This document shows, one piece after another, positions 48,356 to 58,309 of a DNA stretch of 64,000 bases. Under the pieces are notes generated by a model. It saw nothing but the letters and a program-made list of their open reading frames with translations, did no database searches and was not told the DNA's origin. Made by a program: the position numbers and the translations under genes. Every line of letters begins with the position of its first letter. Positions within the stretch are counted from its first letter, which is position 1. Origin of the DNA: Candidatus Blackburnbacteria bacterium RIFCSPLOWO2_01_FULL_40_20 (GTDB lineage Bacteria > Patescibacteriota > Microgenomatia > UBA8517 > UBA10165); contig MHCC01000027.1 in NCBI GenBank assembly GCA_001816475.1, positions 11,312 through 75,311 of the forward strand, given 5' to 3'.

Positions 48356-49417
48356 CTATCCACCGGGATATGACAGATGCATCAACTCACGTACTCTCTC
48401 AACTACCGGCTGACACGCTTTTCTTGCCGCCCACGTTCCTTCCTCAAGAATCCCTCGAACGTCAACGGATTCATATTGGAGACGTCGCTGCCTGATTGGA
48501 TCAAGAAAGTCATTCAAGGCCTTGGCAAGTTTTCTCTTGACCTCTACGTCTCCCACCCTACCTGCTCGATACAGTCTTCCAAGATCTCGGACTTGTGCCT
48601 TGTCTGCGTTGAACGCCCTGTGGTAGATGAACACCGGATTGTTGCGTGTATCGCCTGGTATATCTGCCCTTACCCTCTTCGGGTCGGTGAACATGCGCCT
48701 TACACTTTCTTCAACCGTCTTGCGATCATCAGAAAGGTTAATTGCATTGTTCAAGCTTTTTGACATCTTTGTCATGCCATCGATTCCAACCAACCTGCCC
48801 AACTTCCCGACAAGAGCCGTACACGGCACAAACACCAGTCCGTACTTCTTGTTGAATCGACGAGCAAGAGAATTGGCAAACTCAAGATGTGGAGACTGAT
48901 CGCGTCCGACTGGAACCAACAGCTCGCTTTCTGATCCTGGCTGAGGAGATACCATATAGATATCTGCCGCCTGATCTACCGGGTAAGCCATGAAACCAAC
49001 TGTGGCATCCTGTTGAGTCCGCAACTCCGTCTTGAGTGTAGGATTTCTCAAAACCTCCTTGTACCGAGCAATCATGCTCAAGAGAACAGACAACTCGTGC
49101 CGCTCTGGAACCTGGCTTTGCAACACGAAGTGGACATGTGGCAGGTTAGGGTCAAGCCCCACTGATAACCAGTCAAGAACCACTTCGCGCACGGACTTTG
49201 TCAAAAGTTCCGGGTGATCAGCATGCGTTGTCAGTGCTTGCACATCAGCAAGCAAGAAGAAACACTCATATTCTCCTGTATCTTGAATCTCCTTCCACTG
49301 TTTCAATGCTCCAACGTAGTGCCCCAAATGCAACGAACCGGTTGTCCTCATTCCTGTCAAAACGCGTTTTAGATACACTTTCTGCTCCTTTGGAGTTATT
49401 TGATGTCGACAACCCAT
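48356..49417 (-). CDS. trpS: tryptophan--tRNA ligase paralog (divergent, TrpRS II-like)
   Basis: TGSLHLGHYVGAL HIGH region, KMSKS ([11 protein letters not shown]); divergent from second TrpRS at 54957-55955; tRNA-Trp lies 1.5 kb away. Confidence 0.75.
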   Translation of the reverse strand: MGCRHQITPKEQKVYLKRVLTGMRTTGSLHLGHYVGALKQWKEIQDTGEYECFFLLADVQALTTHADHPELLTKSVREVVLDWLSVGLDPNLPHVHFVLQSQVPERHELSVLLSMIARYKEVLRNPTLKTELRTQQDATVGFMAYPVDQAADIYMVSPQPGSESELLVPVGRDQSPHLEFANSLARRFNKKYGLVFVPCTALVGKLGRLVGIDGMTKMSKSLNNAINLSDDRKTVEESVRRMFTDPKRVRADIPGDTRNNPVFIYHRAFNADKAQVRDLGRLYRAGRVGDVEVKRKLAKALNDFLDPIRQRRLQYESVDVRGILEEGTWAARKACQPVVERVRELMHLSYPGG

Positions 49418-49594
49418 TGTCCATCAATTTCTATAGAAAAAGTTTGCACGAGGAATCTGAAGGCCAAGGAGCTATCGACATCAATGTTAATGTGCGATAA
49501 ATCTAGAAGATATTGCTAAAACAGTTCAATATCCTTTAGTTGACTGATTATAACAACAGAAAAAACAAATGCAAATAGCAAATTGTAAAGGTCG

Positions 49595-50290
49595 TCAAAT
49601 TTTTCCAACAATGAATACAGAATCTCTTTCTCCAACGTGCTCATCAAAAAAACGATTAATAACTAAGTCAGTTGTGCAAGGTCTGTTCGCACTTAACGGA
49701 CATGGGAAAGAATCTCTTTCGATTAGCAACTCTTCTTCAAAAATTTTTGTAAGTCCTTTTTCTCCTCTTACAGCATTAACTATTTTAATAACCAACGGCG
49801 TCGGCGGTGCCGAAATCGGATAAACTTCTTGACAATAGTTCATGCGCGACTTTGCAACAGCAGGATTTTGTGTTTTGCCAGCAATGAAATCAATTTTTAA
49901 TCCTTTTTTGCAAGCAATGGAGAATGCGGATTCAACTAGTTTTGTCGCTACACCACCCCCTTGATAACTATTTTTTACAGCCATTCCTTCAACATATAAA
50001 ACTCCCACAGATTCAACTTCAAAAAAATTTGTGCTAATAAATGCGAATGGTCGATCTCCTTTTAACAAGAAAACAACAAAATGATTTTGCAGAACGGCCA
50101 AAACACTCTTCCGAAATTCAACAGCATCCTTTCTGCCAAAAGCATCAAGTGCAATCTCAGTTGCCCAAGTTATAAATTTTCGTCGTTCTTCGGACGGCAA
50201 TCCTCTGTGATAAAAAACATCAATAAACGTAGTAGCAGGCAAGGTGGATTCTTTGGAGCCAGTCACAACGCGACTTTCCTTAATATTCAT
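49595..50290 (-). CDS. GNAT-family acetyltransferase-like protein
   Basis: YVEGMAVKNSYQGGGVATKLVE resembles acetyl-CoA binding Q/RxxGxG/A. Confidence 0.45.
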   Translation of the reverse strand: MNIKESRVVTGSKESTLPATTFIDVFYHRGLPSEERRKFITWATEIALDAFGRKDAVEFRKSVLAVLQNHFVVFLLKGDRPFAFISTNFFEVESVGVLYVEGMAVKNSYQGGGVATKLVESAFSIACKKGLKIDFIAGKTQNPAVAKSRMNYCQEVYPISAPPTPLVIKIVNAVRGEKGLTKIFEEELLIERDSFPCPLSANRPCTTDLVINRFFDEHVGERDSVFIVGKI

Positions 50291-50359
50291 AAGCCCTGTG
50301 TTATTAACATATATTCTTTATTGCTGGGTTATTCAATATACAAAAACAAAAAGGAGAGA

Positions 50360-50791
50360 TTAAAGAAGCGACCAAAAGTATTCTTTAAAGGTATTTACCA
50401 ACGGACTGTATGAACTTTGATAAAAATTTCCATCAATTCCAAAAAACAACATCCTGTCGTCAACAATAATCATTCGTTGATATTTCTTGCAATCAACGCA
50501 TAATTTGAAATCATATCCGCCAGTGTTGAATTGATACATTTCTTGAACCTTGCCAAACTCTTCCTCACTTCCGAAACCCAATCGCAAAAGAGCAACCCCT
50601 TGTTTTATTTTTTCAGAAAGTAAACTATGATACGAAGTTGGCAATGGAGAATCAATTTCTTCAGCTAACAACATGGTCGCGATTATATATTTTTGCACAC
50701 TACCTACGTTTTCGGATACTAATCGCACAATTTCTGTTCTTTCAACTTTTTGGATAATTCCTTCAAAATTTTTACTTTCTGCTTCGACCAT
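50360..50791 (-). CDS. hypothetical protein
   Basis: ORF only. Confidence 0.3.
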   Translation of the reverse strand: MVEAESKNFEGIIQKVERTEIVRLVSENVGSVQKYIIATMLLAEEIDSPLPTSYHSLLSEKIKQGVALLRLGFGSEEEFGKVQEMYQFNTGGYDFKLCVDCKKYQRMIIVDDRMLFFGIDGNFYQSSYSPLVNTFKEYFWSLL

Positions 50792-50931
50792 ATTTTTAAT
50801 TGGTTAAACGAATAACCCACAGGTTTTATGAATTGCTTTTTAAACAATTCCCTGTGGGTGATTTAGTCTGCTAAGCTTCAACAAAGACGCTCGTGTCTCG
50901 TGAAATTTGGCAAACTGTTTAAAGAACTTGA

Positions 50932-51005
50932 GTGGCACAGGTGAAGGGAGTCGAACCCTTATCTGTGGTTTTGGAGACCACCATCCTGCCGTTGAACGAC
51001 ACCTG
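50932..51005 (-). tRNA. tRNA-Trp (anticodon CCA)
   Basis: Hand-folded: acceptor GCAGGTG/CACCTGT, anticodon stem GTGGT/ACCAC with loop CTCCAAA, T-arm AAGGG-TTCGACT-CCCTT, G73 discriminator, CCA encoded. Confidence 0.85.
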
Positions 51006-51060
51006 CAACTGACACCACCACTCAAAACTGACCAGATTGTAGTCTTGCGACTCAGAAAAG

Positions 51061-51897
51061 TCAAGTTGATTTTTTTGCACTAATTTTAAACTTATCAACA
51101 AAATTTCTGGTCTTTGCAGCATCTATTCTCTGGTCATAATTTTTAATATTCACCAGCCTTTGGTCGTTGTTACCAGTTTTTAAAGAAGTACTTACTATCA
51201 CACCATCTACATATTCAAGCAAGAGTTTAATATTCTCCTGGTCTGCACCACTTCCTACAATAATTGGAAAATCACCCACAGAGCTTCTGACTTTCTCAAG
51301 ATCATCAACGTTTGGAGCATCAGCAGTCCATTTGCCAGTTACGACTAAAGCACCAGACCCGTTCTCAATTGCTTTTTTTGCCGATTCCTCGATTGAGTCT
51401 TTACTTAATATTTTTGCATGCTTAACATGAATATCAGTAAGCAAGAGAATGTCTTTTGCATCTATCTTATTTTGAAAAGAAACAACTGGTTTTGGGCTTC
51501 CCAAAACTTGGCCATAATTAGTCTCTACCTCATCAACAAAAACAGGTATCCTAATAAACTTTCCTCCGCAAACTTTTGCAATGGATAACGCAGCTTCGTA
51601 ATCGTTCCACAACACAGAAACACCTATTGGAAGTCTTGTTCTTTTGATAATTTCTGAGGTCAATAATGTCATAGCTGCTACAGTTTCTGGGCCAACCTTT
51701 ATCTTGTGCGGCACATCATAATTGTTTTCGACAATTACTCCGTCCACTCCGTTTTGTTCAAGTACTTGAAGGTCATAAAGCGCGTTTTCTAGAATTTTAT
51801 CTATTCCGGGATAACCCTCGTATCCCAATAAAGGCATGAAATGCAGTACACCAATAATGGGATTTCTTGTCTTGAAGATTTTTTCAAACTTATCCAT
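51061..51897 (-). CDS. BtpA/SgcQ family TIM-barrel protein
   Basis: GVLHFMPLLGYEGYPG ... GVDGVIVENNYDVP resembles BtpA family. Confidence 0.55.
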   Translation of the reverse strand: MDKFEKIFKTRNPIIGVLHFMPLLGYEGYPGIDKILENALYDLQVLEQNGVDGVIVENNYDVPHKIKVGPETVAAMTLLTSEIIKRTRLPIGVSVLWNDYEAALSIAKVCGGKFIRIPVFVDEVETNYGQVLGSPKPVVSFQNKIDAKDILLLTDIHVKHAKILSKDSIEESAKKAIENGSGALVVTGKWTADAPNVDDLEKVRSSVGDFPIIVGSGADQENIKLLLEYVDGVIVSTSLKTGNNDQRLVNIKNYDQRIDAAKTRNFVDKFKISAKKST

Positions 51898-53422
51898 TTA
51901 GCCCTCTACCAGCAAAACGTTTTGTTGATTCAACATAGTCGGCTAGCTTCCTTGCCGCTTTCCCCTGTCTTATGATTTCTAACGCACGATTTGTACATTC
52001 TCTCAAATAAGACTTATTAACTCTTCTCGTTTGTAAATCAAGGGCGTCAGGTAAAACCAAAACATGGCGCACAAACAACGCAAGCCCAACCGTCATTGCA
52101 AGATAGTAAGATTTGGCAGGATCTCTCATTGTCAGCGCTTCAATATTTGAGCAATGAATGCTTTCTGTAGTGTTTGGAACAAGCAAATTGTCCAAAGAAA
52201 ATTGTGAAAGAATTTCCTCTGGGTAAAAATCCTCAGGCTTTATTTGAAATGTCCCCATGTTTACTCCATTAACTAAAAATGCAGCCAATGTCGTGTATGG
52301 AGGAGGTGCAATTTCGTCGATTAATATGTGAGTTTTTGCGTCACAGGGAAACGCATCCGCTTCTTTCAAATCAGTTCCACAAAATACTACAGAATTTGTG
52401 TATTTTTGGAATCCTTTTTTGTGCAATATTCGCAGTGTATCAATGATTGTTTCCGGGGGTATTTTTTCATTGACTCCAACAAACGCGTGAATTGGAGTTT
52501 CTTTGTCTATTGTAAAAGCCAATGGGCCAATTACATGATTTACAGTTTCTCCTCGCAGCAAATGAGAGAGTGTGTGGAGAGTTCTTGTGTCGTGACAACT
52601 TGTCATAATAAGTCCAGTTTCTTTAAGAACTTTTTCAAAAGCGGAGATGGAGTGGAAATCTGACCTTGCACCACATGCTTCTATAGCACTTTGACCTGCC
52701 ACTTTTGAGGTGTTGGGGTAAGAATGGTGTTTATGAACAGGTGTCTCAACAGCAAGTGCAATTGATGAGAGCGTAGATAAACTAAATAATTTTGATCTGT
52801 CACCATTTAAAGGATATCCTTTATCCCCACCCATTCCACCAAATCCAAATATTGGCTCATTGCTTTTAATACGCGCAATTGTATCAAGCGTAATTGTTGC
52901 TGCTACCATCCCTGCAATCTCGTCTGAAGTTAATCCTCTATAGCTTTCTTTTCCAGACATGGTAGCCAACAATGCTGTTGCTTGTAAAAGATGCGTTTCT
53001 CGAGGTGGTATATTTTTGATTCTTGAAGCAATTAATGAATTTAAGGGTTGGTTTAATGAAGCACAAACAAATGTGATTAAACTAAATGCTTCATTGAAAG
53101 TTAAATCTTCACCTTGTTTAAGTTTTCTGTCGATTCCATAATAACCCTGGCCTTCAAACAGCTCGCCTAAGCAACCCTCAACAGTCTTTACATCCTGTTT
53201 TAACCTGTCATTGTAATTACTGTCTGATGCTAAATTTTCCAAAGTCAAACTGCAATCAACATTCTCCTGTCCGTGCACACCTTCAATACACCTTTGGTAA
53301 GGCTCACCTTTTAATCTTATAAAAGCTACTTGTCTGGATTGTGGAGCTTGCTCTAGTTCTTTAACCTGCATATTTTTACAATAAAAAACTCGTCGCTGCT
53401 CACCACAAAAAGTGATGAACAA
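51890..53422 (-). CDS. glycosyl transferase family 3 protein (TrpD / nucleoside phosphorylase-like) with long N-terminal extension
   Basis: GGMGGDKG and KHHSYPNTSKVAGQSAIEACG parallel TrpD GTGGD and KHGNRA.SSKSG.AD.LEALG. Confidence 0.5.
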   Translation of the reverse strand: MFITFCGEQRRVFYCKNMQVKELEQAPQSRQVAFIRLKGEPYQRCIEGVHGQENVDCSLTLENLASDSNYNDRLKQDVKTVEGCLGELFEGQGYYGIDRKLKQGEDLTFNEAFSLITFVCASLNQPLNSLIASRIKNIPPRETHLLQATALLATMSGKESYRGLTSDEIAGMVAATITLDTIARIKSNEPIFGFGGMGGDKGYPLNGDRSKLFSLSTLSSIALAVETPVHKHHSYPNTSKVAGQSAIEACGARSDFHSISAFEKVLKETGLIMTSCHDTRTLHTLSHLLRGETVNHVIGPLAFTIDKETPIHAFVGVNEKIPPETIIDTLRILHKKGFQKYTNSVVFCGTDLKEADAFPCDAKTHILIDEIAPPPYTTLAAFLVNGVNMGTFQIKPEDFYPEEILSQFSLDNLLVPNTTESIHCSNIEALTMRDPAKSYYLAMTVGLALFVRHVLVLPDALDLQTRRVNKSYLRECTNRALEIIRQGKAARKLADYVESTKRFAGRGLNG

Positions 53423-53461
53423 GGACGAGTCAGTCTCGTGGTGCCACCTTGTTTTATTGAC

Positions 53462-53705
53462 TCATTAAAAAATCCCCATCGCTGGGGACTGTCAAATGAA
53501 TGAGTCAACCTCATTTATTGACATGCTCCACTTGCGCGACACATGTTGCAGACTTTAACGGTTTCGCCTCCGTAGCATACTTTTGCTCAGCGCGCCCTTC
53601 GACTTTGCTCAGGGCTTTAACCCTTTTGCTCTGCTCAGGACGATCGGCTCCATCCTTCCGAATCAACGCTTTTATCTGCAACTATTATTGCACACTTGTC
53701 AAGCC
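53462..53705 (-). ncRNA. candidate minus-strand ncRNA with intrinsic terminator; possible SRP RNA (ffs)
   Basis: GC-rich ORF-poor island; minus strand ends with CCCCAGCGATGGGG hairpin then AUUUUUU (53462-53487); contains UUCGGAAGGAUGGAGCC resembling SRP domain IV GUCCGGAAGGAAGCAGCC; extended hairpin UGUCAAUAAAUGAGGUUGACUCAUUCAUUUGACA. Confidence 0.35.
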
Positions 53706-53806
53706 CTCTGCAACCAGAGTGGTTAATGTAAATTTTTGAGCATAATTTTAAAGTTATGAGCCTCGCGACTAATTTCATTTTTTTCTTTGGCGGTGTATAA
53801 TCAATT

Positions 53807-54475
53807 ATGTCAAGTGAGTATTTGTTTGCAGAAATTGCCGCTTATCTTCGAGACCACCGTTCGTATGTAGCACATAAATCCTTAGAAGATGCATTAACTC
53901 CAGAATTTATTACCTCTAAAGCCATTGAATGCGCCCGCCTTGAAAACAAGTTAGTTGAATTCTTAAAAAACGCAGAAACAACAGCAAGCAATGATGTTAC
54001 AGGGTGTTTCATTTTGAAAATATCCTACGAAGGGCAAGTGGAAAAAATGTGTATTGGGCTACTTGGCAAACAAGTAATGCCCATGCCTGTGGATAGCATA
54101 CGGTTCCACACATATAACCCGACTTCAAAAGACCACCCTCTTTCCTTGTTGCTCAAAAAACTTGGAATACGCTCGTCTAACCTCTTACTACTTGGCACAC
54201 ACATGGATGAAGCCACTGATCAACAAGTAAGAGACCTGCTTGAAAAGAAACAAATACTTGCTAGCTCGCCTGAAACTTTATACCTTTTCGACAGTTCGGG
54301 AAAGTACGCTAAAGTCTCTGCTTTTCCAAGAACGGTCATTGATCCGAGAGAAGATGTGGGAATTGACGATGTTGCAATAAAGCATGTGTTGTCGAAAATG
54401 ACAACTAAAGATTTTATGTTCGTATTTCAGGCCCTAACGCAACTTCAGGAGAAAACAAAACAGTTTGGAATTTAA
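53807..54475 (+). CDS. hypothetical protein
   Basis: ORF only; TATAAT at 53787-53792 close to ATG suggests short or leaderless 5' UTR. Confidence 0.3.
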   Translation: MSSEYLFAEIAAYLRDHRSYVAHKSLEDALTPEFITSKAIECARLENKLVEFLKNAETTASNDVTGCFILKISYEGQVEKMCIGLLGKQVMPMPVDSIRFHTYNPTSKDHPLSLLLKKLGIRSSNLLLLGTHMDEATDQQVRDLLEKKQILASSPETLYLFDSSGKYAKVSAFPRTVIDPREDVGIDDVAIKHVLSKMTTKDFMFVFQALTQLQEKTKQFGI

Positions 54476-54957
54476 TCGCCTTGCAAGCAAATATCTCTAC
54501 AAATTCCTTCGCTTATCTTAACTAAGTCGCGAGGTTTTATAACAAGAGTTTGAGTCGGCTCGCCGGCGCTGCAAAAAACTGTCCTATTTTCAAGGATCGC
54601 CCTATCAAAAACCACCTTGAATTTTTCCGGATCGTGTCCAAACGGCCTTAAGCCTCCAAAAGGCAGTCCAATAACCTGCTCTACGCGTTCTCGTGGTACA
54701 AGCAAGACGTCTCCGCGCTCCGCTTCGAGTGCTCGCGCAAGCTTGCTTCTGTCAATCTTGTCATTTCCTCTTAATGCAACAAGCACATATTGTCCTGTAT
54801 CCGCCCTTTGGAATAGAAGAGTTTTCACCATAACTCTGCGCGAAACGCCTAATTTTTTTTCTACATCATTAAGAGTGACAACCGGATCGTGCCGTACAAG
54901 ATAGTGTGGAACAGTAATACGCTCAACACAACTGGAAGATGTGGGTATTTTTTCCAT
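54472..54957 (-). CDS. YbaK/ProX-like aminoacyl-tRNA deacylase
   Basis: 161 aa, VLVALRGNDKIDRSKLARALEA..GLPFGGLRPFG pattern resembles YbaK; ATGA overlap with trpS. Confidence 0.5.
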   Translation of the reverse strand: MEKIPTSSSCVERITVPHYLVRHDPVVTLNDVEKKLGVSRRVMVKTLLFQRADTGQYVLVALRGNDKIDRSKLARALEAERGDVLLVPRERVEQVIGLPFGGLRPFGHDPEKFKVVFDRAILENRTVFCSAGEPTQTLVIKPRDLVKISEGICRDICLQGD

Positions 54958-55955
54958 TAAAGTAAGCCCATTTCTTTTTTTGTCTGGCTTAACACCTTAC
55001 TCGCGACATTTGTTGCTTTAGCTTGACCCATTTTTAATACTTTTTCCACGTACTCAGGATCTGCCTGAATTTCCTGCCTCTTTTTTTGTATTGGCTGCAA
55101 CTCTTTAAAAATTGCCTCTGAAAGATAGTCTTTTAATACAACAAACTTAAGTGTTCCATTTTTATAATCCGTAGAATATTTTGATACATCCTCGGGAGCA
55201 AAAAGCTCAAGGAGCTTAAATAATGTTTTGACTCCAGGCGACATTTCTCCCCCAACATTGCTTGAAGTAGGAACTGCTCTAATCTTCTTTTTTATTTCAT
55301 CTTGTGTATCCGTTAGATTAATATAACTCCCTTCAACTGATTTACTCATCTTACCTTCGCCACTAAGCGATGGAACAGACTCTCCTTTTGTAGCAAAACG
55401 CTGGGGTTCAGGAAAATCAAGGCCATATTTTTCGTTCATCTTCCGAGCAATTTCTCGAGAAATTTCCAAGTGTGGCTCCTGGTCAATACCCACAGGAACA
55501 GCTTCAGCTTTATAGACTAAAATATCTGCAGCCATCAAAATGGGGTAGTTTAAAAGCGCCATAGTCACATTTTCCGGGTGTTGTTTAACCTTTTCTTTAA
55601 ACGTTGGCAAGTGTTGCATCCGAGCAACTGTTTCGACTGTTGAAAAAAGATAAGCTAATTCGGTATGTTCGCGAACATGTGATTGGACAAAAATTGTGCT
55701 TTTTTCTGGGTCAAGACCTGCAGATAAATAATCCAACACAACTTCTTTAATGTTTCTTCTTAACTGCTCAGGATCGAATGGGGTTGTAATTGAATGAAGA
55801 TCGGCAACCATGTAAAAGGTCTCGTATTCGGGATTTTTTTGAAGCTCGAGCATTCCCTTAACCGCACCAAGGTAATTTCCCAAATGCAAACGCCCAGTCG
55901 CTCTGATTCCTGATAAAACTCTTTTTTTATCCATATGGGACCCATTATATCTCAT
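54957..55955 (-). CDS. trpS: tryptophan--tRNA ligase (canonical)
   Basis: VLSGIRATGRLHLGNYLGA N-terminal signature, KMSKS (GKMSKSVEGS), 332 aa. Confidence 0.85.
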   Translation of the reverse strand: MRYNGSHMDKKRVLSGIRATGRLHLGNYLGAVKGMLELQKNPEYETFYMVADLHSITTPFDPEQLRRNIKEVVLDYLSAGLDPEKSTIFVQSHVREHTELAYLFSTVETVARMQHLPTFKEKVKQHPENVTMALLNYPILMAADILVYKAEAVPVGIDQEPHLEISREIARKMNEKYGLDFPEPQRFATKGESVPSLSGEGKMSKSVEGSYINLTDTQDEIKKKIRAVPTSSNVGGEMSPGVKTLFKLLELFAPEDVSKYSTDYKNGTLKFVVLKDYLSEAIFKELQPIQKKRQEIQADPEYVEKVLKMGQAKATNVASKVLSQTKKEMGLL

Positions 55956-56146
55956 TTTTCACTTCCATTTCTAAGACTCTTTAAAAGACGATCAAGCTCT
56001 TCTTGTGACATATTTGCCAAAATGTCCATACCTTGTTTTATTGCATCCAAATCTACAGGCTGTTTACTTCTATTAGCCTTGTGTATTGCATTTAAACCCA
56101 CGGCTGCCTCTATTAATTCTTCTTTACTCATTCTTTCTTTCAACAT
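55952..56146 (-). CDS. small hypothetical protein (65 aa)
   Basis: Start at ATG 56146 is preceded by GAGGAGGTGA; longer track ORF (to 56233) would read through a terminator hairpin. Confidence 0.35.
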   Translation of the reverse strand: MLKERMSKEELIEAAVGLNAIHKANRSKQPVDLDAIKQGMDILANMSQEELDRLLKSLRNGSEK

Positions 56147-56169
56147 TTTTATCACCTCCTCAGGGCAAC

Positions 56170-56210
56170 AAAAAAACTCGCCTTTGAAGCGAGTTTTGTT
56201 CTTTTTTTTG
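56170..56210. terminator. bidirectional intrinsic terminator
   Basis: AAAAAAACTCGC-CTTTGAA-GCGAGTTTTGTTCTTTTTTTT; A-tract 5' and T-tract 3' allow function on both strands; lies downstream of tRNA-Met on the minus strand. Confidence 0.55.
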
Positions 56211-56346
56211 TTCCTTTCAAAGCTAATTTTCAAAAGCCACCAAAACCCGCTCGCCTAGACGAGATAAGTAAAGGTAAACCAATATGAATTAGCTCTCAAC
56301 ATAACTTGATTTAATTATTTCACAAATAAGAACAGTATGCAATAAG

Positions 56347-56419
56347 TAGCTGGGGTGGGGGTCGAACCCACGATCGCCGGTTTATGAATCCGGTGCTCTA
56401 CCAACTGAGCTACCCAGCC
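56347..56419 (-). tRNA. tRNA-Met (anticodon CAT; could also be tRNA-Ile2)
   Basis: Hand-folded: acceptor GGCTGGG/CCCAGCT, D-arm GCTC-AGTTGGTA-GAGC, anticodon loop TTCATAA, T-arm GTGGG-TTCGACC-CCCAC; CCA not encoded. Confidence 0.85.
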
Positions 56420-56472
56420 ACAATACATACATATTTTACCAAACTTGGACAAATTAAGAAAGTTTTTAACAA

Positions 56473-57651
56473 TTACTTAAAAAACGGAGACTGTAGAAGA
56501 TAATCGACTTCATATTGCAAGAAGCCAACTGTTGGATAATCTCCATGCCACTTCATAATACTTGGTTGTGCATACAAGACAGGATCGGGATGGCCTAACC
56601 CAAAGGCATGGCCCAACTCGTGCGCCGGAGTGCCTTTTGGTACACCACCGGAACATTGCCATCCATCGCTATACTTACAAGGAATGCCCCAGTCGTTTAC
56701 TACACCTGATATAGGCTCAAGCACCCAATCTCCAACTATTGCCCATCCTGCATAATTTGGATACAAATTTGCTCCTGCATATCCTCCACCACCTGCGCTG
56801 AAGACCAAAGCCGCGGTTTGTTCATCCCAATGCTCAACCCCGTCATGAATGGCTTGGTTCATGTACATTCCCCAGTTCCCGTCCAGTCTTCGAGGATCGC
56901 TCAAACACTCCGCAGAAGGAGGAGTTGAATCAAGAGGGCCTGGATCACATCTCATTGTGTCGTAATTGTATTTGCTGCGCACGACAACCAACGGTTGCAT
57001 GAAAAATGTTGCACCAACCTTCTCTTTGTACCAATTTTGGAGCTCTACCATGTAGTTTTTAACTGCTGTCTCGTATTCTGGGTACATTGACTTGTCGGCC
57101 GGATAAACAAGATACGGCCTAACCCAAAAGAATGCACGAGGTGAAGGAGTTGGAGACGGGCTCGGAGGGCTTGGAGACGCAACGGGCGAAGGGAACGGGT
57201 CTGGGGAAGCCAGAGTGCTAGAAGCAACACAGTCAACCACTGCACTTTGTGTTTGGCCTTTGTGTCTGCGATCTGCTGTTAAAACACGCCAATACACTGT
57301 TGCACCACATTTGTATTTATCCCATTTAGATTGAGGGTCTGCAACTAATATTGGACTTGACGCACCACTCCCAAAACCCTCATTTTCATTCTTATTCATT
57401 CGAGCGGATGTGGACACATCAACAACATAAGCACTGTTAAGTTCTGAGTATACAAAGTTAAATGTTGCTGTCTGAGATGTTAGGGTAGCAGACAGACTGC
57501 CAAAAACATTTGTGTTGGGTTTGGCAAGTATCGAAGTTGGAGTAAGTTTAACTTCTTTTTTCTGTGCAACTAAAAGTAGTCCTAGAGTTGCGACACCAAC
57601 AATTAAAACAAGAGGTAAGAAATGAATTACACCCTGAGCAGAATTACGCAT
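56473..57651 (-). CDS. secreted metzincin-type zinc metalloprotease
   Basis: N-terminal TM/signal, Pro/Ser linker PSPVASPSPPSPSPTPSP, HELGHAFGLGH (HExxHxxGxxH). Confidence 0.7.
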   Translation of the reverse strand: MRNSAQGVIHFLPLVLIVGVATLGLLLVAQKKEVKLTPTSILAKPNTNVFGSLSATLTSQTATFNFVYSELNSAYVVDVSTSARMNKNENEGFGSGASSPILVADPQSKWDKYKCGATVYWRVLTADRRHKGQTQSAVVDCVASSTLASPDPFPSPVASPSPPSPSPTPSPRAFFWVRPYLVYPADKSMYPEYETAVKNYMVELQNWYKEKVGATFFMQPLVVVRSKYNYDTMRCDPGPLDSTPPSAECLSDPRRLDGNWGMYMNQAIHDGVEHWDEQTAALVFSAGGGGYAGANLYPNYAGWAIVGDWVLEPISGVVNDWGIPCKYSDGWQCSGGVPKGTPAHELGHAFGLGHPDPVLYAQPSIMKWHGDYPTVGFLQYEVDYLLQSPFFK

Positions 57652-57707
57652 CTGTGTTTACTATAGAGATATCCAAACAATGATGTCAACGGGTAAAAAT
57701 ATCTTCG

Positions 57708-58250
57708 CTATTGTTGAATTTTGGCAATATAATATGAGTCTGGAAGACTAAAGCGGGGCAACAGTGCAGAAAGGTGGGTTTTGTGTTTGTGGGCGCGCAT
57801 CACTGCTTCTTCTAAAGTTTCGCCTTTCCGGACTTTACCAAACCAAAAATCAACACCAAAATGTTTGTGATATGGCACCGATTTACGAAAATTACTCATT
57901 GCAGTATAAACCGCAGGTCTTCCACCTTGCCATTGCGAAATTTTCTTGGACTTTTCGAGTGAAAATATTACAACGCTCAACCAAAGTTTGGCGTCATCTG
58001 TGTACTTTTCAAAAACTATTCCCCGCACCTCTTCACAACTCACAACTTCGTCCAAAAAAGCTTCTACCGGCTTTTGGAGGTTTGAGAATTCGAAAGAACT
58101 TGCAACTTGACTTGCTACTTCTGGGGCTTGAGCCGGAATTGTAAAATCGCACACCCTACTATTAAGGGTTCTTTCGTATTCCCTTGCAACTCTTCGACGA
58201 TCCAAGCTCCCGGAAATTAAATCATATCTACTTTCTCTCTCAGCAACCAT
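57708..58250 (-). CDS. hypothetical protein
   Basis: ORF only. Confidence 0.3.
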   Translation of the reverse strand: MVAERESRYDLISGSLDRRRVAREYERTLNSRVCDFTIPAQAPEVASQVASSFEFSNLQKPVEAFLDEVVSCEEVRGIVFEKYTDDAKLWLSVVIFSLEKSKKISQWQGGRPAVYTAMSNFRKSVPYHKHFGVDFWFGKVRKGETLEEAVMRAHKHKTHLSALLPRFSLPDSYYIAKIQQ

Positions 58251-58309
58251 TTGCTTTGATAATAACCAAGAAGTTTCAAGAAAGCAACAAAAAAGAGGGA
58301 GTCATTTCG

